Origin: Acidimicrobiia bacterium
GTDB taxonomy: Bacteria > Actinomycetota > Acidimicrobiia > Acidimicrobiales > Aldehydirespiratoraceae
Assembly (NCBI GenBank): GCA_022821685.1
Contig: JAJEDD010000041.1
Span: forward strand, 41,486 to 105,485
Direction of reading: 5' to 3'
Length of the DNA stretch: 64,000 nt
The notes below the pieces were generated by a model. That model saw only the letters and a program-made list of their open reading frames with translations. It searched no databases and was not told the DNA's origin. Positions within the stretch are counted from its first letter, which is position 1; each line of letters starts with the position of its first letter. The translations under genes were made by a program, and so were the position numbers. Below, one piece after another: positions 20,055 through 27,829 of the stretch.

Positions 20055-23000
20055 ATGCCACGAATCATCGACAACATCGAGATCGGTCTCGCTGAGGACC
20101 TGCGCGCCGAGATAGCACGCGGTGCTGTGCGGCTCGACGCTGCCATCGGGTACTTCAATCTGCGGGGCTGGCGAGAACTGGCCGACGCCGTGGACGCCAT
20201 GCCTCACACCGAGGACGCTCCCAAGGCGAGAATTCTCATCGGGATGGCCCGCGATCCCCATGACGAACTCCGTAGGGAGCTGACGGGGCGAGGCGACAGC
20301 ACCCTTGACAACGCCACCCGCAACACCATGCGCCAGCAGACCCGCAAGGTGCTGCGCGAGCAGCTGACCATCGGCCTGCCCACCGCAGCCGACGAGAAGG
20401 CCCTGCGACAGCTGCGGGCACAGATGGACTGCGGCGACGTGGCCATCAAGCTGCACTTGGCTCATCGTCTCCATGCAAAGCTCTACATATGCCACCGCGC
20501 CGATGACCGGTACCCGAACCTCGGATATGTCGGGTCGTCCAACTTGACATTCGCCGGCCTCGGCGGGCAGGGCGAGTTGAACGTTGACGTGCCCGACACC
20601 GACGCTTCCGAGAAGCTCGCCGCATGGTTCGAGGCGCGCTGGGAGGACCCTGCTTCGGTTGATGTGACCAGCGATCTGCTGGACCTTCTCGACGAATGCT
20701 GGGCCCGGCCTCACCCGCCTGAGCCATATCTGGTGTATCTGAAGATGGCCTACCACCTGTCCCAGGAGGCCCGGGACGGGTTGATCGCCTATGGTCTGCC
20801 CGCCGACTTGCGGGCCACGCTGCTGGAGCACCAGGCGGTCGCAGCGCAGTTCGCGGCCGGAGCGCTTGACCGGCTCGGCGGGGTGATGGTCGGAGACGTG
20901 GTCGGCTTGGGCAAGACCCTCGTCGCGGTGGCTGTCGCCAGGCTGCGCCAGGACGCGCACGGCGGCCGTGTGCTCGTCGTGTGCCCCAAGAACCTCAGAC
21001 CCATGTGGCAGGGCTACTGCGACACCTACGACCTCCGCCACGAAGTCGTCGAACTGTCGATGGCGACCAAGCGGCTGTCAGAACTGCGAGGCCGTTACAG
21101 CACGGTCGTCGTTGACGAGTCCCACAACCTCCGCAACCGCACCCGCAAGGACTACCAGGAGATCAAGGGCTTCATCGATGACAACGACTCCAAAGTGATG
21201 CTGTTGACGGCCACCCCCTACAACCTCGACTTCACCGACGTCGCGAACCAGTTGGCCCTCTTCGTGGGTGAGGAGGACCCGCTGGGTGTTACCCCCGAGG
21301 CCGCCATTGCCGAGCATGGCGTCGAGCAGGTCACCCGCCGCCTCGACTGCGGCCCTGACAGCCTCGCGGCGTTCCGACGCAGCGAGTACCCCGAGGACTG
21401 GGAACGGCTCATGGACCGCTACATGGTGCGTCGCACCCGCCGCTCGGTGGAGCGCAGCTACGGCGTTGCCGGCATTCAGGTGATCTCCCCTGACGGCGAG
21501 TCGGCAACGTATCCCGCCGACGGCTGCGAGGTGCTTATCGACGGCGCCGCCAAGCGAGGATGGGATCGCGTGCGCATCGAGAGCCAAGGCGCGCGTGTGC
21601 GAGTCGGCGGTGACGAGTCGTTCATTGCTGGAGCGCAAGTGCAAGTCGCCATCAACGGCAGCCTGGCCAGCCTGCCGGCGGGCAGCAGCGCAGCCGTGAG
21701 GCGCTGTCTGCGAGTCGGTGACTCCCTGCATCTCATTCCCCGCCGCCGCGCTGTCAGCGTGACATACCAGCCCGGCCCCGACGCAGCCATCGCGTCCGAT
21801 GAGACCCTCGACGACATCAACGCGTTGGATCTGCCCCGCTATCGCCTGATCGACTACCTGGCGAAAGATGCCGACAAGCGAGACGACCTGACCGGCGATG
21901 AATCCGCGGCGATCAAGTCCTGGCGGGAACAGCCCCAGCGCAACTTGAACCTGATCGGATTCGCCCGGACACTGATCTACAAGCGGCTCGGATCGTCGGG
22001 GCCCGCGCTCATCGCCACACTGCGCCGCCACCGCCTCCGCAACGACATCCTCCTGCTCGCCATAGACCGGGGATGGGACCTGCCAACGATGAGCAGCTCC
22101 ATCGCCGTCGAGCCGTCACCCACCGACATCGACGACGGAGCAGGCGACGAAGAACTCCCGGTCGATGCCGACAGCAGGATCGCCGATGCCGAAGCCGCGT
22201 ACGCCAAGCTCGTCGATTCCGGCAAAGTCAAACACCTGCGGCCGTTGCTGTTCACCGATGCGCTGGGAGATGCGCTGCGCTCGGACAATCGGCTCATCGG
22301 CGGGATCCTCGACCGCATCGGCGACTGGGACCAAGGACACGACACCAAGCTCGACGCCCTCGCGGGGCTTGCCTGCGGCGACCACCGCTCCGAGAAGGTG
22401 GTCGTGTTCACCGAGTACGCCGACACCGCCTCCTACGTCGCGGCTGCCTTGACCGAGCGCGGCATCGACAGCGTCGAGGCGGTCACCGGCTCCGATGCCA
22501 ACCCCACACTGGCCGCCCGCCGATTCTCGCCGCTTTCCAACGAATCGCTGGGCGGGATGCCCCGACGCGAACAGCCGATACGGGTGCTGGTATCCACCGA
22601 CGTCCTATCAGAAGGCCAGAACCTCCAAGACGCCCGCGTCGTGGTGAACTACGACCTGCCGTGGGCGGTAGTGCGGATAGTGCAGCGCGCCGGGCGCGTG
22701 GACCGCATCGGCCAAACCGCCGACGAGGTGGTCGTCGCCTCCATGCTCCCACCCGGCGGCGTCGAAGAAGTGATCGGCAACCACCGGCGCATCCGCGAGC
22801 GGCTAGAAGCCAACGCCGTCGTGTTCGGCGGAGGGGAACGATTCTTCGGCACCGACGAAGAAGAAGCCGCCCTGCGAGACGCGATCTACAACGAGGACCC
22901 GCCCGACGACTCAGACGACGAAGTCGACGTGGTGTCTATGGCCTACGAGATATGGCGAGCCGCACAACGAGACCACCCCGAGAAGGCCGAGGCGGCCGAG

Positions 23001-23582
23001 GCTCTGCCCAACGTGATCTACTCCACTCTCGCCCGAGCCGGCGATGCCGACGAGCTGGGCGTGCTCGTGCACATCCAGACCGACGACGAGATCAACGCGT
23101 TCGCCCTCTCACCCGCGTCAGGCAGCCCGCCGAACGCCGTCGCCGCCCGTGAGGCGCTGCGCCTAGCCGCCTGCGAACCCGACACACCAGCCGCCGACAC
23201 ACTCCAACAGCACCACGAACTGTTGGCCGCAGCATTCAACGGGCCCCTGCGCTTCCCCGCAGCAGCCGCCCAAGGCCAACTATCAGGGGTCCGCAGCCGA
23301 TGCTGGAACAGGCTGCGCGGCTTCCTCAACAGCGCCACCCACCAAACCCAGGGCAATCTGCTGTGGGACCCAACAACCCTCAATGCCGCACTGGACGCTC
23401 TGTATCAACGCCCCCTGCTGCGCGACGCCCGCGAGAAGATCGCCACAGCCCTACAAGAGCACAGCGACGACAACCTCGCGGCCCTCGTAGCGGACCTCCA
23501 CTCCCGCAACGAACTATGCGTTCCACAAGCAGCCGACGTCGCCCCGCCCCACATCATCTGCTCCATGGGCCTGACCCGCTGA
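20055..23582 (+). CDS. PLD(HKD)-nuclease / SNF2-family helicase fusion protein (1175 aa)
   Basis: N-terminal single HKD motif (HAKLYICHR...GYVGSSNLTFAGL). SNF2 motifs I GLGKT, II VVVDESHNLRN, III LLTATPYN and VI QRAGRVDRIGQ, plus the helicase-C segment STDVLSEGQNLQD. The ATG at 20055 is 19 nt after the methyltransferase stop. Confidence 0.85.
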   Translation: MPRIIDNIEIGLAEDLRAEIARGAVRLDAAIGYFNLRGWRELADAVDAMPHTEDAPKARILIGMARDPHDELRRELTGRGDSTLDNATRNTMRQQTRKVLREQLTIGLPTAADEKALRQLRAQMDCGDVAIKLHLAHRLHAKLYICHRADDRYPNLGYVGSSNLTFAGLGGQGELNVDVPDTDASEKLAAWFEARWEDPASVDVTSDLLDLLDECWARPHPPEPYLVYLKMAYHLSQEARDGLIAYGLPADLRATLLEHQAVAAQFAAGALDRLGGVMVGDVVGLGKTLVAVAVARLRQDAHGGRVLVVCPKNLRPMWQGYCDTYDLRHEVVELSMATKRLSELRGRYSTVVVDESHNLRNRTRKDYQEIKGFIDDNDSKVMLLTATPYNLDFTDVANQLALFVGEEDPLGVTPEAAIAEHGVEQVTRRLDCGPDSLAAFRRSEYPEDWERLMDRYMVRRTRRSVERSYGVAGIQVISPDGESATYPADGCEVLIDGAAKRGWDRVRIESQGARVRVGGDESFIAGAQVQVAINGSLASLPAGSSAAVRRCLRVGDSLHLIPRRRAVSVTYQPGPDAAIASDETLDDINALDLPRYRLIDYLAKDADKRDDLTGDESAAIKSWREQPQRNLNLIGFARTLIYKRLGSSGPALIATLRRHRLRNDILLLAIDRGWDLPTMSSSIAVEPSPTDIDDGAGDEELPVDADSRIADAEAAYAKLVDSGKVKHLRPLLFTDALGDALRSDNRLIGGILDRIGDWDQGHDTKLDALAGLACGDHRSEKVVVFTEYADTASYVAAALTERGIDSVEAVTGSDANPTLAARRFSPLSNESLGGMPRREQPIRVLVSTDVLSEGQNLQDARVVVNYDLPWAVVRIVQRAGRVDRIGQTADEVVVASMLPPGGVEEVIGNHRRIRERLEANAVVFGGGERFFGTDEEEAALRDAIYNEDPPDDSDDEVDVVSMAYEIWRAAQRDHPEKAEAAEALPNVIYSTLARAGDADELGVLVHIQTDDEINAFALSPASGSPPNAVAAREALRLAACEPDTPAADTLQQHHELLAAAFNGPLRFPAAAAQGQLSGVRSRCWNRLRGFLNSATHQTQGNLLWDPTTLNAALDALYQRPLLRDAREKIATALQEHSDDNLAALVADLHSRNELCVPQAADVAPPHIICSMGLTR

Positions 23583-23643
23583 GTCCAACCGATCGCGCGA
23601 CACCGAACTCGGCGAGGTGCCCGCTGTAGGTGACGAGTGAATG

Positions 23644-24762
23644 TCAGGTGAATTCGACGCGCCGCTTTAGGCGGTTGCCCACGTTGTACTGCAGCTTGCC
23701 CTCGTATTGGAGCCTTCCGACCACGATGCCAGCAGCGACCTCGTGTTCGTCGGCGAAGCGCTGAATGTCGGCAAGTGTCCGAAGGCCGAATAGACGCTCC
23801 TCAAGTCGCTCGGGAATCAAGGTGGTTGCAGCAAACCGGTCGGCCTCGGATTCTCTCACAAGGTCTTCGGCCACATACGGCTGTGCGCCACTCTCGTTCT
23901 TGCCAATCGCCGCATCGATGAAGCGCTCGCGGCGAGGGTGGAGCAGGATGTGGCCCACTTCGTGAAACAACGAGAACCAGAACTGGTCGTCGCGGCGGTA
24001 GCGCAAACTCAAGGCGATGACGGGGTTCCCGGCCAGCCAGTAGGCCGCTCCACTGACGCGAGCGCCCTTGATCTCCGGCTCGAACACCACTGCAACTCCG
24101 GCGGCGCCACATACCGACTGGAGCCACTCTCCGACTGTCTCGGGCGGATCCGCGGTCGCAGAGCGGATCTTCAGCAGCAGCTTGCGGAACCTTGACGGAT
24201 CGTAGATGCCACGATCAACTTCCGCCGCCTTGATCTCTGTGATCCTCACCCAGGACGCAAGCGCTCCCTGATCCACTTCGTACGCACTGGCGCGGCGGAA
24301 GGACGCGGCCGGTTGACTCCACACTGAGTGCCATGCGGCCACTGAGGCAACTCCGAAGAAGCGCTTCGCCTCCGCGATTAGGGTCGCCTTATCGTCGCTT
24401 TGAGGTAGGTAGCCCCGCTTGCGCAACTCGCGCCAGGGCAGCAGCTTCAGCCACTCCAAGTCCTCCGCGGTCGCCTGACGCTCAGCGAGCCGGGTCAGTC
24501 GTGCCTGATAGTTGGCCTCCCGGGCGTTCCAGAACTGCGACGGGATCCCGAGCACCCGTTCCAGCTTCACCGCGACGGCCGGAGTCAGGGTCGCGTGGCC
24601 CTTTGCGAGCCGGTTGACATGCTTGGGGCTCAATTCGGCGCGGCGGGCTAGCTCGGCCTGAGTCAGGCCAGCCTCTTCCAGCGCCTCCAGCAACGTCTCG
24701 CCTGGAGGCACGGCATAATCGGGTTCATAAGTGATCAGTTCGTTGGCCATGCTCTTACTCAC
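23644..24762 (-). CDS. higA: HigA-like XRE HTH antitoxin fused to an ImmA/IrrE (COG2856) zinc metallopeptidase domain
   Basis: N-terminal HigA-type HTH (PPGETLLEALEEAGLTQAELARRAELSPKHVNRLAKGHATLTPAVAVKLERVLGIPSQFW). C-terminal HExxH motif (FHEVGHILLH). Confidence 0.8.
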   Translation of the reverse strand: MSKSMANELITYEPDYAVPPGETLLEALEEAGLTQAELARRAELSPKHVNRLAKGHATLTPAVAVKLERVLGIPSQFWNAREANYQARLTRLAERQATAEDLEWLKLLPWRELRKRGYLPQSDDKATLIAEAKRFFGVASVAAWHSVWSQPAASFRRASAYEVDQGALASWVRITEIKAAEVDRGIYDPSRFRKLLLKIRSATADPPETVGEWLQSVCGAAGVAVVFEPEIKGARVSGAAYWLAGNPVIALSLRYRRDDQFWFSLFHEVGHILLHPRRERFIDAAIGKNESGAQPYVAEDLVRESEADRFAATTLIPERLEERLFGLRTLADIQRFADEHEVAAGIVVGRLQYEGKLQYNVGNRLKRRVEFT

Positions 24763-24824
24763 CCCCTTATCGCTCTCTGCTGTCGCTTAGGGCCGCCGCC
24801 AGGCTCAGCACCCTCCGACTCCTG

Positions 24825-25160
24825 CTAGTCATGGGTGTCGGCAATCTCGACGACTACCACCCCTGTCACAAGTTTCCAGTCGATACTGCCTTCGGAGCGC
24901 CGAACCCGGTCAGGATCAGCTGGCTCGACAATGAGACGCCTGGGGTGATCCAAATCGCCGCTCATCTGGCCTCTCCGGTCGGCACGAAGCGGGTGCCACC
25001 TTCCAGGAAGGCTCAAGAGTTCGCTCGCGTCGGCGACCGCCTCCAAGTCGGCCAAACGCTGCTTCAGCCGTCGGGCTCCTTTCGATCCGAGCCTTCGCGT
25101 CATCAACCGCTCCTGCGCGCAGAGCGCTGCGAGCCGTCGATCTCGAAACTGGATCAGCAC
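24825..25160 (-). CDS. higB: HigB-like toxin (plasmid-maintenance killer protein, RelE/ParE superfamily)
   Basis: 111 aa with the HigB pattern (IQFRDRRLAALC...AKRLKQRLADLEAV....L.LPG.R.HPL..DR.GQ.S..L....RLI). GTG start. Toxin-first order, as in higBA. Confidence 0.75.
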   Translation of the reverse strand: MLIQFRDRRLAALCAQERLMTRRLGSKGARRLKQRLADLEAVADASELLSLPGRWHPLRADRRGQMSGDLDHPRRLIVEPADPDRVRRSEGSIDWKLVTGVVVVEIADTHD

Positions 25161-25167
25161 CGTTGAA

Positions 25168-25215
25168 CTTTACCATGTAGGTAAAGATATCACGGTGGTC
25201 TGACAATGTCTAGCC
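25168..25215 (-). promoter_or_regulatory. Putative higBA promoter (TAGACA-N17-TATCTT) with a 7-5-7 inverted-repeat operator
   Basis: Minus strand: TAGACAttgtcagaccaccgtgaTATCTT. The inverted repeat ctttacc-atgta-ggtaaag at 25168..25186 lies 7 nt upstream of the GTG start. Confidence 0.35.
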
Positions 25216-25341
25216 GAGACCCGATCAGGGAGAGGTTCGGTCCACTTGGCCTCGCAGCCGGTGGTCGCTGAAGTGCTGGCGACGGAGTCCGGGGGTGAAG
25301 GCGAACGGTATCAACTTCTCGTCCCGACGGTCTTCGCGTGG

Positions 25342-26589
25342 TCAGCTGATGGGGCTGGCTGGAACGGTCGCTTGGGCGACGGAGGCCTCCACTACTGGTA
25401 TCTCGTGGCGCTCGAGGGGGCGCATCCACTCCTTTCGGGCCAGGGCCTTGTCGATGTAGGGCGCCAGGTCGTCGGCCTTGGCCGCCTCGCGCTCGGCCCG
25501 GCCGGCGGTGAACTCGCCCAGCACGTCCGACCCGAACAGGCGCAGGCTGTCGCAGATGTCGGAGTGGCGGTTCTTGCCGCCCTGCTGCAGGAAGATCACA
25601 TGGTCGATGCCGGCCGCCTCGGCCTTCTTGAGCCAGCGGACCGCGTCGGCGGGGGTGCCGATGGTGTCGGCGTAGTCGTTGCCCGCCTGGCGGGCCGCAG
25701 CCACCGCGTCTTCGAGGGCCGAGCCCCGCTGGGCCTCGTAGCGGTCCCAGATGTCGCTGTGACCGGGGATGGTGTGATGCACCACCAGCTGGCGCAGGGC
25801 GTAGGCGAAGAAGTGGAATCCGTCGAAGCCCCGCCGGATGGCCTCGGCCCGCTCGGGGTGCAGCGAGAAGCCGGTGACCACCGCGATGTTGGCGTTGACG
25901 CTGTGACCGAGGGGCACGCACTCGTCGCTGCGGATGATGTCGTAGTACACCTCGGCCCAGTAGCGGGCCTCGGCCGGGTCGACGAAGGCGAAGGCCAGCG
26001 CGCCCAGGCCGCAGCGGGCGGCCAGTTCGATGGTGGTGCGGTTGGTGCAGGCGATCCACATCGGCGGGTGGGGCTTCTGCACCGGCTTGGGGATCACGTC
26101 GCGGCACGGCATCGAGAAGAACTCGCCCTCGAAGCCCGGGTAGGGCGACATGGCCATCATGTTGGCGATCTGCTCGCCCGCCTCGAGGCTCATGGCCCGC
26201 TTCTGCTTGGCGGGGATGCCGAACCCGCCCAGTTCCAGGCGGGTGGCGCCCTCGCCGATGCCCAGCTCGACCCGGCCCCCCGAGATCAGGTCGAGGGTGG
26301 CGACGCACTCGGCGGTGCGGGCCGGGTGGTTGTAGGCCGGTGGCGCCTGACGGATGCCGTGGCCCAGCCGGATGCGGCTGGTGCGGGCCGCGCAGGCCGA
26401 CAGGAACACCTCGGGGGCCGAGCAGTGCGAATACTCCTCCAGGAAGTGGTGCTCGACCGCCCAGGCCACGTCGATGCCGACCTCGTCGGCCACCTCGACC
26501 TGCTCGATGGCCTCGCCCAACAGCCGCTGCTCGGAGTCCATTGCCCACGGCCGGGGCATCTGAAGCTCGTAGAACACACCGAACCGCAC
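25342..26589 (-). CDS. LLM-class (luciferase-like) flavin/F420-dependent oxidoreductase
   Basis: Typical LLM N-terminus (MRFGVFYELQ.PRPW....E..L..EAIEQVE.AD..G.D..W.VEHHFLEEYSH). Confidence 0.8.
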   Translation of the reverse strand: MRFGVFYELQMPRPWAMDSEQRLLGEAIEQVEVADEVGIDVAWAVEHHFLEEYSHCSAPEVFLSACAARTSRIRLGHGIRQAPPAYNHPARTAECVATLDLISGGRVELGIGEGATRLELGGFGIPAKQKRAMSLEAGEQIANMMAMSPYPGFEGEFFSMPCRDVIPKPVQKPHPPMWIACTNRTTIELAARCGLGALAFAFVDPAEARYWAEVYYDIIRSDECVPLGHSVNANIAVVTGFSLHPERAEAIRRGFDGFHFFAYALRQLVVHHTIPGHSDIWDRYEAQRGSALEDAVAAARQAGNDYADTIGTPADAVRWLKKAEAAGIDHVIFLQQGGKNRHSDICDSLRLFGSDVLGEFTAGRAEREAAKADDLAPYIDKALARKEWMRPLERHEIPVVEASVAQATVPASPIS

Positions 26590-26707
26590 GGCCAGTCAAC
26601 CTAGCTGGATGCGGTGCCAGGTCGAGAACCGGGATTCAGGGCTCGCAGGTGAGCACACCGGTCCAACGGGCATCTGAGCCGTCGCGAGCGGGCGCTACCG
26701 TGGCGAC

Positions 26708-27691
26708 ATGGCCGGGTCCATCGCAGAGCTGGTGGCCACCAAGGGATACCTGGTGGCCGACGGGGCGATGGGCACCCAGCTCTTCGCGGCGGGCCTCACC
26801 GCTGGCGATGCGCCCGAGGCCTGGAACGTCCACCACGCCGAACAGGTGCGAGCCGTCCATCGGGCCTACTTGCGGGCCGGAGCCGACTTGGTGGTGACCA
26901 ACAGCTTCGGAGGAAACCGTTTCCGCCTGGCTCTGCACGACCTCGATGACAGGGTAGTTGAACTCAACGAGGCCGCGGCCCGCAACGCCCGCATTGAGGC
27001 CGACGCAGAAACCGAGCGGACCGGCCGGCCAACGCTGGCGGCGGGATCGATGGGGCCGACCGGCTCTCTGCTGGCGCCGCTGGGCGACATGTCGGCCGCC
27101 GAGTGCGAGGCCGCCTTCGCCGAACAGGCCACAGGCCTGGCCGAGGGCGGCGCCGATCTGCTGTGGGTCGAGACGATGAGCGACCTCGACGAGCTGGAGG
27201 CGGCGGTGCGGGGGGCCCGCTCGGCCTGCGACCTTCCCGTGGCCGCCACCATGAGCTTCGACACCGCGGGCCGAACCATGATGGGCGTCACCGGCGCAGA
27301 CCTGGCCGAGCGGCTCGGCGGGCTGGGCCTGGCCGCGGTGGGCGCCAACTGCGGCAACAACATCGCCGACACCGAGGCCGCCGCGGTGGCGATTGCGGCC
27401 GCATGTGCGGATACCCCGGTGGTCTCCAAGCCCAACGCGGGAATCCCGGTGTGGAGCGATGACGCGCTGGTCTACGACGGCACCCCCGACGTGCTGGCCG
27501 CCCACGCCCACCGGGCTCGAGCCGCGGGCGCAGCCGTGATCGGCAGCTGCTGCGGCAGCACCCCGGCCCACACCGCCAAGATGGCGGCCGTGCTAAGAGG
27601 CGACGAGCCCCCGCCCGAGTCGACGCCTCGGACCGCGACGGCGCTCACCGAGGACCGCTCGACCCGCCGCCGAAACCGCCGCCGCCGCTGA
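26708..27691 (+). CDS. Homocysteine S-methyltransferase family protein (Hcy-binding domain, MetH N-terminal/BHMT-like)
   Basis: LVADGAMGT, VVTNSFG, GANCG and GSCCGSTP (zinc-ligand cysteines). Confidence 0.8.
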   Translation: MAGSIAELVATKGYLVADGAMGTQLFAAGLTAGDAPEAWNVHHAEQVRAVHRAYLRAGADLVVTNSFGGNRFRLALHDLDDRVVELNEAAARNARIEADAETERTGRPTLAAGSMGPTGSLLAPLGDMSAAECEAAFAEQATGLAEGGADLLWVETMSDLDELEAAVRGARSACDLPVAATMSFDTAGRTMMGVTGADLAERLGGLGLAAVGANCGNNIADTEAAAVAIAAACADTPVVSKPNAGIPVWSDDALVYDGTPDVLAAHAHRARAAGAAVIGSCCGSTPAHTAKMAAVLRGDEPPPESTPRTATALTEDRSTRRRNRRRR

Positions 27692-27829
27692 ACCCGCCCC
27701 TATCCCCGACAGATGCGAGCCTGTACGATCGCGCCATGACCCACCGTCAGCTGGGCCCATGATCCACGCTGGGAACAATGTGAGGGCCAATCTCGTCCGG
27801 GTCATCGTCCGGCTCGGCTTGGCGGGTCC

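Noticed and set aside
19755-21041. 428-aa minus-strand ORF across the methyltransferase/helicase junction
   Set aside because: It is antisense to two genes with clear methyltransferase, PLD and SNF2 motifs, and its composition is biased.
16977-25341. Integrase, tRNA or att direct repeats delimiting the 17-25 kb accessory segment
   Set aside because: I found no integrase or recombinase ORF, no tRNA and no convincing flanking direct repeat. It is therefore reported as an accessory segment, not as a demonstrated mobile island.
25190-26604. ORFs 25190..26599 (-) and 25246..26604 (+) overlapping the LLM oxidoreductase
   Set aside because: They are an alternative frame and an antisense ORF with Arg/Pro/Gly bias. 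The 25342..26589 frame gives a typical luciferase-like protein.
26590-26707. Possible riboswitch (SAM, SAH or cobalamin) upstream of the homocysteine S-methyltransferase gene
   Set aside because: Nested stems can be drawn (gatgc/gcatc, cggtg/caccg). I could not match any riboswitch consensus (no B12 box, no SAM-IV core), and such pairings arise by chance in GC-rich DNA. An Rfam cmscan would settle it.
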